IMG/VR virus record: IMGVR_UViG_3300025018_000238
Span: 1 to 43,853 of that record
Source of the DNA: a virus
Taxonomy: Duplodnaviria; Caudoviricetes
Strand: one strand, 5' to 3'
Length of the DNA: 43,853 bases
A program made the translations under genes and the position numbers. The notes below the pieces were generated by a model that ran no database searches, was not told the DNA's origin, and saw nothing but the letters and a program-made list of their open reading frames with translations. Positions 9,047 to 18,928 of the stretch are shown one piece after another (position 1 is the stretch's first letter; every line of letters begins with the position of its first letter).

Positions 9047-9331
9047 ATGTCCGACACAACCGAAAAAACTAAAACCGTTTCTCTCGGAATCATCGCACTC
9101 GCAGCGCTCAGCATACTTATAATCATCGGTGCGCGTGAGATGCTTGACATTCGTCACAACTCAAACCGGGTACCGCTGATCGAGCAACAGGTCACTATCC
9201 TCGACTTACAAGTCACCACACTTCTTCGCGACTACGCCGACACTAACAAAGCAGTCGCAAAAGAAATGTCTGGCGTACAGTCGCAGCTCGCACGTCTCGC
9301 CGCGTTAATCGAAAAGCAAAACAACAACTAA
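9047..9331 (+). CDS. Single-TM coiled-coil membrane protein (holin/spanin-like candidate)
   Basis: N-terminal hydrophobic helix LGIIALAALSILIIIGA followed by a coiled coil; ATG at 9047. Confidence 0.55.
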   Translation: MSDTTEKTKTVSLGIIALAALSILIIIGAREMLDIRHNSNRVPLIEQQVTILDLQVTTLLRDYADTNKAVAKEMSGVQSQLARLAALIEKQNNN

Positions 9332-9378
9332 CTAACGGACAACTCTTATTGTCTCCTTTCTTTTCTGTTTCCTCTCCT

Positions 9379-9978
9379 ATGAAAAACTACACAAAAATCC
9401 TACTCGCTGCTTTTGCAGTACTCACAGCATCTACGCTGTTTACCGGTTGCGAAACTGTTCGCTCCGCTGTCTATGATGAACAAATCGTCTCCTCTACCGG
9501 AACGCTTCCGGTTGACGCAGTTGAACTCACCCCCGGACAGTTCGTTGCTGTTACCGATCTCGAACCCGGATCGTTTTCTCCGCAGCAGGTAATCCCGGCT
9601 GGAACAGAAGTCACTACACAAACAGTCGAACTCGTTCCTTCCGCGGCAGTCCAAACCACACTCGATGTTGCGTCCTCTGTTGGTGGTTCTTGGGGCGGAC
9701 TCGTGGGACTACTCGCTTCCGGCGTCCTCGGTATATACGCAAAGACACAACGCAAACACCGCACAACAGCCGAAAACGTTAACGCCGCAGTCGTTCAAGG
9801 TATTGACGTCTTCCGTGACATCCTCGACCAAACTCCTCAAGGTGCTGTAATTGACGAAAAACTTAAAGCTGTGCTGCACGAACGTCAACTTGCGCTCAAC
9901 GTTGTCAGCGCAGTTGACAGTCTACTCAAGCGTTACAAAACCCCCACCAAACAACCCATTCAACTCGCCGCTAAATAG
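9379..9978 (+). CDS. Lipoprotein with internal TM helix (lysis-associated candidate)
   Basis: MKNYTKILLAAFAVLTASTLFTG-C lipobox; second hydrophobic segment WGGLVGLLASGVLGIYA followed by basic residues. Confidence 0.65.
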   Translation: MKNYTKILLAAFAVLTASTLFTGCETVRSAVYDEQIVSSTGTLPVDAVELTPGQFVAVTDLEPGSFSPQQVIPAGTEVTTQTVELVPSAAVQTTLDVASSVGGSWGGLVGLLASGVLGIYAKTQRKHRTTAENVNAAVVQGIDVFRDILDQTPQGAVIDEKLKAVLHERQLALNVVSAVDSLLKRYKTPTKQPIQLAAK

Positions 9979-10002
9979 TATCGTCCTAGCTTAGGACGAT
10001 AC
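9978..10002. promoter_or_regulatory. 25-bp palindromic site, copy 2
   Basis: GTATC-GTCC-TAGCTTA-GGAC-GATAC; perfect 12-bp inverted repeat at 9977..10003, just upstream of the portal gene. Confidence 0.9.
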
Positions 10003-10039
10003 TCATTCGCTGCTTCTTTAACCGCTCAGCTTTCTTCGT

Positions 10040-11965
10040 ATGGACGAAAAGATCCAAAAACTTCTCAGTAAAAAAGAAATCGACCCGTGGCACGCAAGTC
10101 TGCTTAGTCACGTGAAGATGCTTGTGGAGAAGTCTGCTCGTGACATGTCTCAGTACTACGAACGGTGGGATCGTAACAGATTAACCTACCGCTCGCGTCG
10201 TGAGCTTGACGAGAAGGATCGTCGCGCAGCGGAGAAAGCTGAGCCAGTTAAAATGACTTTGCCGCTCACGTACGCGCAAGTCGAAACCTTTGTCGCTTAC
10301 GGTGTTGACATGTTGCTGCAACGTGATCAGCTTTTTGAGCTCCGCGGGACAAACCAACGTGGACACGAAACCGCCCGAGTAGCCGAGGCTATTCTCGAAC
10401 GTGACATACGCAAAAGCAAGCCACGTACGCTGCTGTCGCAAGTGCTCCGGGACGTTTCACTTTGTGACCTTGGCGTCACAAAGACTGCTTGGGTTGAACA
10501 TAAAGAAATGCAGTCGGTTAAAATCGACATGCCTGCTGAATCTGCGTTTGGTGTAGAGATTCAACAGCAACACTCAATCTATGAACGTCGTCCCGTGACC
10601 ACGTTCCAAGGGAACGAACTCACAGTCGTGAGTCCCTATCACTTTTTTCCTGACACACGCTTACCGCTCAGTCGGTTTCAAGAGGGTGAGTTCTGCGCAG
10701 ACGAACACTTCGAGACTTATATGTCCCTCAAACGTCTCGAAGCACAAGGTTTGGTCGCCGGTATTGACCATGTGTCTTCGTTCAAACAAGACGACTGGGA
10801 ACGTCGCAGCTCAAACCGTTTCGACATTACGTCTGATTCCTTCGACGAACCTGCAACACGCAAAACAAACGGCGAAAAGCCAACCTTTGTTCGCACTTGC
10901 GTGCAGGTCGATATCATCCCTGCGAAGTTTATCGTTGATGACGCTACCGGCGAGACGCTTGGCGAGTCCAAACAGCCTGAGCGTTGGCTTATTGAATACG
11001 CAAACGATAGCCGAATAATCCGTGCAGAGCCTTACTACTACCCTCACGGACGGTTCTCTTACGCAATTGCACAGTTTACCGTCGACCAACACGAGCTTCT
11101 AAGTGAATCTCTTGCAGACCTCGTGCACTACCTACAAGACGTTGCGACTTACCTGATTAACTCACACGTCACGTCTCAGCGTAAAGTCATCGACAACAAA
11201 CTTGTCGGCATCCCCTCTGCGCTGCACATGGAGGACTTCAGCAAGAATCGTCCGTTTGTCCGCGTTAAGAAAGGCTATGAAGGTATGCCGTTGGACAAAC
11301 TTGTTCATCAACTGCAGGTCCAAGACGTCACACAAAACAACATCCAAGAAGTCAACGGGATCATTGGTTTGATTCAACAAGTCACCGGGATGAGCCCAAA
11401 CCTCGGAGGGAGCTTCGCTTCGGGACGTCGTTCCGCGCGAGAAGTTAACGCAGTTAACTCATCCGGGCTTACACGGATTCGGCTTGTGCTTGGCACGTTT
11501 TACGAACAGTTCTGTATTGAACTCGGCGAGCAGATGATTATGAACTCCCGTGAGGGGTTGACCGAGGAAACCTATGTTAAACTCGTAGGTGACGGTGCGT
11601 ATGAACTCCAGTCGATGAACGGTTATCTTAACGTCACACGTGACGCAATTGACGGCATTTACGAGTTCGAACAGCTTGACGGGACTTCGCCGTCCGAACG
11701 CTCTGATCGTGCTGTGGCTCTCGGTGAGCTGTTCATGCAGATGCTTGGGTCTGATCCAGTTATCCTCCAGCAGCTAGACTATAGTCTTGACGCTCTGCTG
11801 CGTGAGATTCTTCTGCTTCGCGGCGTGCGTCACCCTGAGCGGTTTAAGAACTCTGAACTGCTTAAGCGCGGTGACCCTAGCGCACAACAACAACCAATGC
11901 TCGCTCCGCCGACTGAGGATGGTGGCGACCCTATGGCACAACTCGGAGCAATGCTCGGCGCTTAG
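10040..11965 (+). CDS. Portal protein (podovirus type)
   Basis: 641 aa upstream of scaffold and capsid; LGVTKTAW, VSPYHFFPD, QVTGMS...G....GRRSAREV and Q/P-rich tail are typical of P22/T7-like portals. Confidence 0.88.
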   Translation: MDEKIQKLLSKKEIDPWHASLLSHVKMLVEKSARDMSQYYERWDRNRLTYRSRRELDEKDRRAAEKAEPVKMTLPLTYAQVETFVAYGVDMLLQRDQLFELRGTNQRGHETARVAEAILERDIRKSKPRTLLSQVLRDVSLCDLGVTKTAWVEHKEMQSVKIDMPAESAFGVEIQQQHSIYERRPVTTFQGNELTVVSPYHFFPDTRLPLSRFQEGEFCADEHFETYMSLKRLEAQGLVAGIDHVSSFKQDDWERRSSNRFDITSDSFDEPATRKTNGEKPTFVRTCVQVDIIPAKFIVDDATGETLGESKQPERWLIEYANDSRIIRAEPYYYPHGRFSYAIAQFTVDQHELLSESLADLVHYLQDVATYLINSHVTSQRKVIDNKLVGIPSALHMEDFSKNRPFVRVKKGYEGMPLDKLVHQLQVQDVTQNNIQEVNGIIGLIQQVTGMSPNLGGSFASGRRSAREVNAVNSSGLTRIRLVLGTFYEQFCIELGEQMIMNSREGLTEETYVKLVGDGAYELQSMNGYLNVTRDAIDGIYEFEQLDGTSPSERSDRAVALGELFMQMLGSDPVILQQLDYSLDALLREILLLRGVRHPERFKNSELLKRGDPSAQQQPMLAPPTEDGGDPMAQLGAMLGA

Positions 11966-11975
11966 TTTCTTCCTT

Positions 11976-12329
11976 ATGAACAGATACCTACAAAACCAAC
12001 TCAAACCTGTCGCAATTGAAAAGTTCGAACCTGCGGACTTAGTTCGTTGCGTTCGTGCGCTGCGTGAAAACCCAGTGTTCAGCTATGTTCTTTATGAATG
12101 TGTCAACCGCAGCCGTATTGGTTCGAGTATTGACGGACACCACACGGGGCTTGACGGTGTTATCGAACGTTCTAACGGCGTTATTCGCAACGAAGCGTTG
12201 CTTACGTTCGACGAGATCATTCACCAGATTGAAGAAGACGCTCGGGAACGTATGACCGAAACGTCTTCTTCGTCCGCAGCCAACGCAGACGTTTCTTCTG
12301 TCGACGCCCAAACCTCTTTTCTTGACTAA
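11976..12329 (+). CDS. Hypothetical protein between portal and scaffold, 117 aa
   Basis: TTATG start 11 bp after the portal stop, in frame with ORF 11787..12329; this position is often occupied in podoviruses. Confidence 0.7.
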   Translation: MNRYLQNQLKPVAIEKFEPADLVRCVRALRENPVFSYVLYECVNRSRIGSSIDGHHTGLDGVIERSNGVIRNEALLTFDEIIHQIEEDARERMTETSSSSAANADVSSVDAQTSFLD

Positions 12330-12378
12330 CCTTTCTGTGTTAGTTTAAACACCAAAACAAACCAACAAACCAAATATC

Positions 12379-13311
12379 ATGGAAACACCCGAAACACAAG
12401 CAAACTCCTCTTCTGCAGGTGCTGATGAACGGAAGCCAACCGAACACGTTGACTCTGACATTTTCTCCGGCGAAGAGTTTAACGAAGAGACGCCGGCGCA
12501 AACTACATCACCAGCTTCTACTGAAACGCCGACTAACGAAGACGACACTCCTGTTGTTAAACCTGAAACTAACGAAGACGGTACACCGGTCGTTACTCCC
12601 GTAGCTACCACACCGCCAGCACAGACGTCTTCTTCTACTGAAGACTTGGTCAAACAACTCACTGCGGCAATCACAGCGTCGCAGCAACACACACAACAGC
12701 CGGAACAAAAACCACTTTCCGAAGAAGAGAAACGCAAACTGCTTAACGTTTGGGAGCCTTCCGAACAAGACGCCAGCGACCTTCTCGAAGGCGGTGAAGC
12801 TGCTCTTGCTGCGTTCAAACGTATGCGCGACGGTCTTGTCCGTCAAGCGCACACCATGGCTTATGTTCAACAAAAGAACATGATCGACCAGCTGCGTGCG
12901 GAGCTTCAACCGCACATCCAACGTGCCGAGCAAGCACAGCTCGCACAAGAAGAACAACAGTTCTTCGATCAAAACAAAGACCTCTCACCACACAAAGAAC
13001 TGGTGAAAGCAGTCTTCTCTTCTTACAAGGCGAACAATCGCACTTTCAAAACTTTTGACGAAGCGGCACAAACACTCGCTTCTGACGTCCGTTCTCTTCT
13101 GAAAAACGCAGGAGTAGAACTCAAAACCGAACAAAACCCGCAGGGAGCAACCGCGACTCAACAGTCGCAACAAACCCAGGCGCCGACACAATCGTCAGCG
13201 CCTACACAGCAAACCATGACCCCACAACCTCGTGGAGGGCAGAGCGCAGCAAGCGGACGTCAGCAGCAACAAGCAGTAGGAGAAGAACCTCCTGGTGCTG
13301 AAGTGTTTTAA
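12379..13311 (+). CDS. Capsid scaffolding protein
   Basis: Acidic T/E/P-rich disordered N-terminus, helical middle and Q-rich tail, immediately upstream of the major capsid gene. Confidence 0.8.
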   Translation: METPETQANSSSAGADERKPTEHVDSDIFSGEEFNEETPAQTTSPASTETPTNEDDTPVVKPETNEDGTPVVTPVATTPPAQTSSSTEDLVKQLTAAITASQQHTQQPEQKPLSEEEKRKLLNVWEPSEQDASDLLEGGEAALAAFKRMRDGLVRQAHTMAYVQQKNMIDQLRAELQPHIQRAEQAQLAQEEQQFFDQNKDLSPHKELVKAVFSSYKANNRTFKTFDEAAQTLASDVRSLLKNAGVELKTEQNPQGATATQQSQQTQAPTQSSAPTQQTMTPQPRGGQSAASGRQQQQAVGEEPPGAEVF

Positions 13312-13357
13312 CGCAGAGTCAGAACCCTGCACCTAAACAATAAACAAAGACTAAATT

Positions 13358-14722
13358 ATGGCTACTACAATCTATGGATTGACTGGCACCGAAGGTGTCA
13401 AAGATAACCGGTTTAAGTCCGTTCGGCGTAAAGTATTCTACTTTTACCCGAATGGCGCTTCGCCGTTGCTCGCGTTGTTGTCCATGCTCCCTGACGAGCA
13501 GTGCAATGACCCTGAGTTCAGTGTTTTCGAGGATCGTCTCCCCGAGAAGTCGTCCAAAACTGCCGCAAGCAGTAACGTGATTTTTCACGCGACTGGTACA
13601 ACCGGCTCCACAACCCCCGGCTCGATTCTTTCGGCTAACCCAACACCTGCTGTTGGTCACAAGCACTGTATCCGTGTTGCTGACCGCGCAAAGTTCCGCA
13701 AGGACCACATCGTGGAAATCTACGGTATCCCGCTTGCTGCTGGTGGTACGGTTCGCGGTTTGTTCCGTGTGATCGACACGCCGTTTGTTTCTTCGTCGGT
13801 TGACTACATCCGCGTTGAGTGGATGGCGGCTACAGGCGAAATCGACTATGACGGGTTCACCGCGGACCTTACTGTCATGCCGATTGGTAACGCTGCCGAA
13901 CAGGGCCAAGTTGGTTCTGAAGGTCAGCCGCACCGTCTGCCTGTGCAGATCTGGAATTACCTCCAGATCTTCCGCACATCGTTCACAATGACCGGCACCG
14001 CACTCAAGACTCCTGTCGATTTCGACAAGACTGGTGTGTACAAAGACAAGGCTAAGAAACAAGCCTTCAACCACTTCACTGACATTGAGTTCGCCTTCCT
14101 GTTTGGCGAACGCACTAAGTCGGTGGACACAACCACGAACCTCCCACGTTACACCACTGGTGGTATCCTTTGGTACCTGAGCCAGTGGGAAGGCGGTTCA
14201 ACCTACGGCAACACTGCTCCATCGGCTGATACTGATGACGGCAAACGCATTATCGAGAACGCTGACGGCGTAATCACTGCCGATTGGTTGGACAACCTGC
14301 TGGAACGTGTGTTCCGCTTCACGTCGAACAACTCGAACGAGAAGCTCGGTCTGATTGGCAACGGTGCGTTGCAAACGTTGAACAACCTCTACAAGGGGCA
14401 AAACGTTCTGCAGGCAAACCAACTGCTCACCGGTAAGGTTGGCATGAACGTAACCTCGCAAGAGACACCGTTCGGCACAATCCACTGGAAGACTGCTCCG
14501 TTGTTTACGCAAGAGCCTACTCTGCGTTACAACTGCATGATCCTCGACGTGGCCGACATGAAGTATCGCTACATGGAAGGCCGTGACACCAAGCTGCTTA
14601 AGCACCGTGAACCAAACGACGCCGACTACCGCAAGGACGAATGGTTGGGCGAAGTTGGTCTGGAGCTCGTGCAGCCCGAGGCTAACATGTACGTCAAAAA
14701 CATGCTGCAACACTCGATCTAA
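13358..14722 (+). CDS. Major capsid protein (SU10/DUF5309-like, with insertion domain)
   Basis: PLLALL...EFSVFED, NYLQIFRT..MTGT, DIEFAFLFGER, TTGGIL, TPFG, GEVGLE; strongly biased codons suggest high expression. Confidence 0.88.
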   Translation: MATTIYGLTGTEGVKDNRFKSVRRKVFYFYPNGASPLLALLSMLPDEQCNDPEFSVFEDRLPEKSSKTAASSNVIFHATGTTGSTTPGSILSANPTPAVGHKHCIRVADRAKFRKDHIVEIYGIPLAAGGTVRGLFRVIDTPFVSSSVDYIRVEWMAATGEIDYDGFTADLTVMPIGNAAEQGQVGSEGQPHRLPVQIWNYLQIFRTSFTMTGTALKTPVDFDKTGVYKDKAKKQAFNHFTDIEFAFLFGERTKSVDTTTNLPRYTTGGILWYLSQWEGGSTYGNTAPSADTDDGKRIIENADGVITADWLDNLLERVFRFTSNNSNEKLGLIGNGALQTLNNLYKGQNVLQANQLLTGKVGMNVTSQETPFGTIHWKTAPLFTQEPTLRYNCMILDVADMKYRYMEGRDTKLLKHREPNDADYRKDEWLGEVGLELVQPEANMYVKNMLQHSI

Positions 14723-14755
14723 TCGGTGTTCAGCTAACTGGAGATAACACACATC

Positions 14756-15088
14756 ATGGCAGACCTCGAAAAATCAGCAGTTGAAGTTATCGACCAGTGG
14801 GTCGTTGGTGACCGTACCTTGAAGGAAGTCCGTAAGGCTAAGCGTTGCAAGCTTACCCTTACGGCACAAGGTACGGCCGCCAACGCAATTCCCGCTTCGG
14901 TCTTTGGCTTCACACACATCCGCGAAGCGCACAACGCTACGACTGACGGTAACACGTTAGTTCCCGCTGCGCCTTCTTTTGACGGTAGCAAGTTGCTGCT
15001 GTTTAATCTCAACCAAGCCACGGACGCACAACGTTCAAACCCGGCAGATATCACTGACGTGATTATCGTAACGGTTATCGGCTGGTAA
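14756..15088 (+). CDS. Putative capsid decoration/minor virion protein
   Basis: 110 aa, beta-rich, ending VTVIGW, directly after the capsid gene. Confidence 0.6.
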   Translation: MADLEKSAVEVIDQWVVGDRTLKEVRKAKRCKLTLTAQGTAANAIPASVFGFTHIREAHNATTDGNTLVPAAPSFDGSKLLLFNLNQATDAQRSNPADITDVIIVTVIGW

Positions 15089-15122
15089 ACCACAACCACC
15101 AACACAGAAAGCCATACAAATT

Positions 15123-15317
15123 ATGGAAGGTATCCCTAAAGATATGCACAACATGGAAATTACCACCAACTCTGGTGTTAATGTCCGTGACACCAAGCAG
15201 CTTAACGGCGAAGCCACTGGGCCTGACTTGCACGACAGCAACACGCTGAAAGAGCACAGTTCCGGCAAAGCGGTTATGGGCCAAGGCTCTGGTGCGAAGC
15301 CGTTTGCGCGTAAGTAA
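15123..15317 (+). CDS. Small hypothetical protein, 64 aa
   Basis: A-rich leader and TTATG start, capsid-like codon usage, followed by a terminator. Confidence 0.6.
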   Translation: MEGIPKDMHNMEITTNSGVNVRDTKQLNGEATGPDLHDSNTLKEHSSGKAVMGQGSGAKPFARK

Positions 15318-15339
15318 CGAGCAGACAAATTGATCATCT

Positions 15340-15370
15340 GGTGCCGTCCTATCTTAGGACGGCACCTTTT
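15340..15370 (+). terminator. Probable intrinsic terminator after the capsid operon; also palindromic site copy 3 (15341..15365)
   Basis: GGTGCCGTCCTA-TCT-TAGGACGGCACC followed by TTTT. Confidence 0.75.
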
Positions 15371-15378
15371 CAATCCTT

Positions 15379-16062
15379 ATGAACTTAAAAGACTTAAAAT
15401 ATTATATCGCCGACGCACTGCAACGAGACATTAGTTCTTTTGTTAGCGGCGAACATGACTCATTGGCTCTTGCGGTGAGCAATGGTATGCGCAGTCTGCA
15501 ACGACAACATGACTTTGAAATGTGTCGGACGTATGGTTTTGTCAACTTCGTCGGTGCTGAACCGTGGAAGATCAGTACGCTTATTGACGCTTACGACGAA
15601 GATGATATGCAGGTAAAACGTTTCGAACGTGCATACTATGTTAACCAAGAAACAGGCGAGACCACACCGATCCGTATGGTCGGGCGTGAGTATCTTTGGA
15701 ACAAAGATACAGAACGAGCCGAGACAAACTCGTTGCAATACACCTCACCGTTGGTCGTTGTGCGGTTTGGTAAGGTTTTTTACTTACACCAAATTCCTGA
15801 TGACTACCCTGAAACCATTCGTATTCGGTTCGACGTAGTTCGTTGGTTACCAGAACTCGCCGGTAGCGAAGTTTCTAACTTTATCACAGAAGTCGCGCCG
15901 GACGTGTTGATCTATCACGCACTCGCAGAACTCAACCTGTTTCTCAAAGAAGACGAACGCGCTCCTCTTTCGCAGTCATTCTACAACGCACGCTGGGAGA
16001 CACTCAAAAAGTGGGACGCCGACCAGTTTGAAAACACTCAACAAGACATTTTCCTCGACTAA
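15379..16062 (+). CDS. Head-tail adaptor (tail tubular protein A / P22 gp4-like)
   Basis: Position, size (227 aa) and C-terminal PEL...SNFITEVAPDVLIYHALAELNLFLKEDER motif typical of adaptors. Confidence 0.75.
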   Translation: MNLKDLKYYIADALQRDISSFVSGEHDSLALAVSNGMRSLQRQHDFEMCRTYGFVNFVGAEPWKISTLIDAYDEDDMQVKRFERAYYVNQETGETTPIRMVGREYLWNKDTERAETNSLQYTSPLVVVRFGKVFYLHQIPDDYPETIRIRFDVVRWLPELAGSEVSNFITEVAPDVLIYHALAELNLFLKEDERAPLSQSFYNARWETLKKWDADQFENTQQDIFLD

Positions 16063-17069
16063 TGAGTTACGACGCAACAAACAATCTGAACGATCTGGAC
16101 GAAACAAAGCCGGCAGGTTCCGAAGACGCAGCACAGGCGGATGAAATTTTCCGCGAGACACGTCGTGTGTTTAAGACTTTGCTGTTGTTGTTCTTGAATC
16201 CTGATGGAACGTTTAAGGACGACGTGATTAACACAACCCAAGTGCTGAACGATGCCGTTACTGCGTTAAAACTAAACGACAACGTCGCCGGCGCAGGGCT
16301 GCGACGGAACGCTACAACTAAAGCTCTCGAGTTACTATTTGATAGCGATTTGTTTGTCATTGACGGAAACAACGCTTTGTCACTAAAATCTGGAATTGAC
16401 TTGAGTGATTTTGTTACTGGGCTGCAAGACGCAGCTATTGCGTCTGTTGGTGTAAGCAAACTTACACACGCAGCAAGCGCTGGGCGAGTACTGCTGACCA
16501 ATGGAGTTGGTGGGGTTGAACCTGTACAATTGTCTGGTGCGGTCTCAGTTTCACCGTCTGGTGTTGTGACGCTTAACACCGGCATTGCAAATGTGATTGT
16601 GTTTGAAACTACTGGTTCTGGCACTGGCGCAGGCGGGCTCACCGCAGCAACGTGGGTTGATCGTGCAAGTCTAGTTAAGCAACTTGATACAAACAATCTT
16701 GCTGTTGTGTCTGGCGACACGATTACGCTCCAACCTGGGTTTACGTATTTGTTCGATATCCAAGTCCCAGCGTTTGGCGTTGACGGACACATTGCACGTC
16801 TTTGGGACGACACTGGCGGAACAATCGTGGCGTCCGGTACAAGTTCGTTCACAGGTAAAGCTGCTGATTCTAACGAACAAGTCGACTATTCTGAAATTTT
16901 TGCCGCAGTCGCTGTTGAAACAAACTCTCGGAGTTTTAAGGTTCAGTCTAACTGCCAGACAACTAACGCAGACAGTAAAGCAAAAGGCCACCCTGCGTCT
17001 GTGGCGTCGGTTGCTGAGGTCTACACTCGTGTGTTGATCTACGTTCTTCAGTCAACTAATGCAGCTTAA
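16062..17069 (+). CDS. Tail fibre/spike protein
   Basis: N-terminal LDETKPAGSEDAAQADEIFRETRRVFK anchor-like segment, DAVTALKL, G/S/V-rich shaft and C1q-like beta-rich tip; TAATG-coupled to the adaptor. Confidence 0.7.
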   Translation: MSYDATNNLNDLDETKPAGSEDAAQADEIFRETRRVFKTLLLLFLNPDGTFKDDVINTTQVLNDAVTALKLNDNVAGAGLRRNATTKALELLFDSDLFVIDGNNALSLKSGIDLSDFVTGLQDAAIASVGVSKLTHAASAGRVLLTNGVGGVEPVQLSGAVSVSPSGVVTLNTGIANVIVFETTGSGTGAGGLTAATWVDRASLVKQLDTNNLAVVSGDTITLQPGFTYLFDIQVPAFGVDGHIARLWDDTGGTIVASGTSSFTGKAADSNEQVDYSEIFAAVAVETNSRSFKVQSNCQTTNADSKAKGHPASVASVAEVYTRVLIYVLQSTNAA

Positions 17070-17895
17070 CCAACATGTGATTAACCCGGCGCAGAGTATG
17101 CGTCCGTTTGGTTTCGACGATTCCACACAAGAGTCGCCTGTTCGTGTCGTGTCTGGGTTTCGCGCAACGAAAGGTGAGTTACGTCAGATGCGACGGTTAC
17201 GAAACGTTGGCGAAGTGTCTGCACGTAGTGGGAACTTGTTCGCGCCACTTACTGCGCGGTTGGTTGGTTCTGGGCGAAACGCAGTAACACTAAATCGCGC
17301 GGAAGCGTTAGGCGCGGCGTCTAACAACACAGCAGTCGCGCCGCCGCCTTTTGAGTTCGTAACTGAATGGGACTTGGCGGATGAAGGGTTTATCGCTGGA
17401 GGACAAAACGGTGCACAAAGAACCTACAACGATCCAACAGAAGTCGCTGCGTCTCCATGGTCTTTTGTTAACATACAAACAAATCAGTTAAGTTTACGTT
17501 TAGACTTTGAAGACGATTACAACTGTGCTGGTTACAACATTAACACTCAAACCGCTTGGGCAAGCGTGTTAATCCGTACGCTTCTTCCGCAAGTACGTAT
17601 GTTTATCAGTTGGGAAGGGCTTGGCGAAACGGAAGATCCCGGCGGGTCAACAGACGAAATTTTTGAACAAATGCGGTTGTCTGTTAACGGAACGGAAGTA
17701 GCACGTGCGCACGCACCCGGCGGCGGACTCGGTTGCGCTGGTGGTGTCGCACCGGTTGTGTCGGATCCACCAAGTCCGTTTTCAGTCATACTCTCTGAAG
17801 GCGAACACAACATTGACATCACTGCGTCGACGAACGACCCGAGATATCACGTCGGAGCTTACTATCAATTTACTTTATCTTTTATTCCTGTATGA
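17059..17895 (+). CDS. Tail cassette protein A1 (nozzle-like N-terminal segment + beta-rich domain)
   Basis: N-terminus (SPVRVVSGFRATKGELRQMRR) is similar to that of 18290..18928; tail gene context. Confidence 0.6.
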   Translation: MQLNQHVINPAQSMRPFGFDDSTQESPVRVVSGFRATKGELRQMRRLRNVGEVSARSGNLFAPLTARLVGSGRNAVTLNRAEALGAASNNTAVAPPPFEFVTEWDLADEGFIAGGQNGAQRTYNDPTEVAASPWSFVNIQTNQLSLRLDFEDDYNCAGYNINTQTAWASVLIRTLLPQVRMFISWEGLGETEDPGGSTDEIFEQMRLSVNGTEVARAHAPGGGLGCAGGVAPVVSDPPSPFSVILSEGEHNIDITASTNDPRYHVGAYYQFTLSFIPV

Positions 17896-18290
17896 GCTAC
17901 AAATCACCAGCTGAAATCTTTATCTTACGTTCGCTATACGGGCGTACAGTTAGCGTGCCTGCGCCTACGTCTTGGTATGTTGGGCTGCTTACAGCGGCTG
18001 AAACTGAACCAACGTTTGATCCGAACTACGCACGTCAAGAAGTTTCGAACGTTACTGCGTCGTTTACAAGTACGTTAACTGTCGGTGACACCACAACGGT
18101 GTTGTTAAAACCGGCACTTGTGTTTGGGCCGTCAACTGTTTCTTGGCCAAACATCGCAAAGCTTGGTTTCTTTGACGCACTGACTGCTGGTAATCTTTGG
18201 GTGGTCGCTACGTTTAATTTTACTTTTTCAGTGCAACCGTATGATAGTTTTACTGTTAACCCAGAAACGGTTTCGCTCGGACAACAGTAA
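17892..18290 (+). CDS. Minor tail protein B1 (mycobacteriophage Gp80-like)
   Basis: YVGLLTA...EP....YARQ.V...F.....VF.....W..I...GFFDALTAGNL pattern; paralogue of 18925..19320. Confidence 0.7.
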   Translation: MSYKSPAEIFILRSLYGRTVSVPAPTSWYVGLLTAAETEPTFDPNYARQEVSNVTASFTSTLTVGDTTTVLLKPALVFGPSTVSWPNIAKLGFFDALTAGNLWVVATFNFTFSVQPYDSFTVNPETVSLGQQ

Positions 18291-18928
18291 TGGAAACGAT
18301 AACGCAGCGTAACGTAGGTGGGGGTATGGCTCCGAGTTTTCGGGCTGACTTACTTTCGCGCGAAGTGCATCGTCAAGTTATCGGCTTCCGAAACTCTCGT
18401 GGGAGTTTAATTCAACGGCAGCGTAAACGTCTTGTGCGGCAGATCGGAGAGTTTAAAGGTCTGCTGTTTAACGAAGAAACACAATCAGCGCAAACCTCAT
18501 TGTTAAGTCTGACAGCACAAACAACTTTTGGTTTTGCCGGACGGCTTACGCTCGACAGTCTTACAGGCGCTGACACAGAAGCAAACCTTTGGGATTTTAG
18601 TTATTCACAAACAACACAAGCTCCGACATACGATTCGGTTGAAACTTATGCTTTTGGTTTTACAGTACGTGAACTAAATCGTCAGTTTAGACTAAACTAT
18701 AGTTCTGGTATTTACGCACGCGGAACGTTGGTTGTTACATGTGCTACTGGTGAGCTATTTAATTCTGGCGGGCTTTACTACAAACTATCAAACAGTTACT
18801 TTTTCACAGTCCCACAAGGTGTTGATCGAATTACAGTAACTGTTACCGCAGAACCGGAAACAATAAGTTTCTTAAACAGCACAACAAACTATCTTCCGTC
18901 TTGGACCTATAACTTAAACACAGTATGA
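18290..18928 (+). CDS. Tail cassette protein A2 (nozzle-like N-terminal segment + beta-rich domain)
   Basis: GGGMAPSFRADLL...VIGFRNSRGSLIQR N-terminus; TAATG-coupled. Confidence 0.6.
   Translation: METITQRNVGGGMAPSFRADLLSREVHRQVIGFRNSRGSLIQRQRKRLVRQIGEFKGLLFNEETQSAQTSLLSLTAQTTFGFAGRLTLDSLTGADTEANLWDFSYSQTTQAPTYDSVETYAFGFTVRELNRQFRLNYSSGIYARGTLVVTCATGELFNSGGLYYKLSNSYFFTVPQGVDRITVTVTAEPETISFLNSTTNYLPSWTYNLNTV

Noticed and set aside
13319-14752. Long antisense ORFs opposite the capsid gene (also opposite terL and 16062..17069)
   Set aside because: Shadow ORFs expected from codon bias, with no protein-like motifs.
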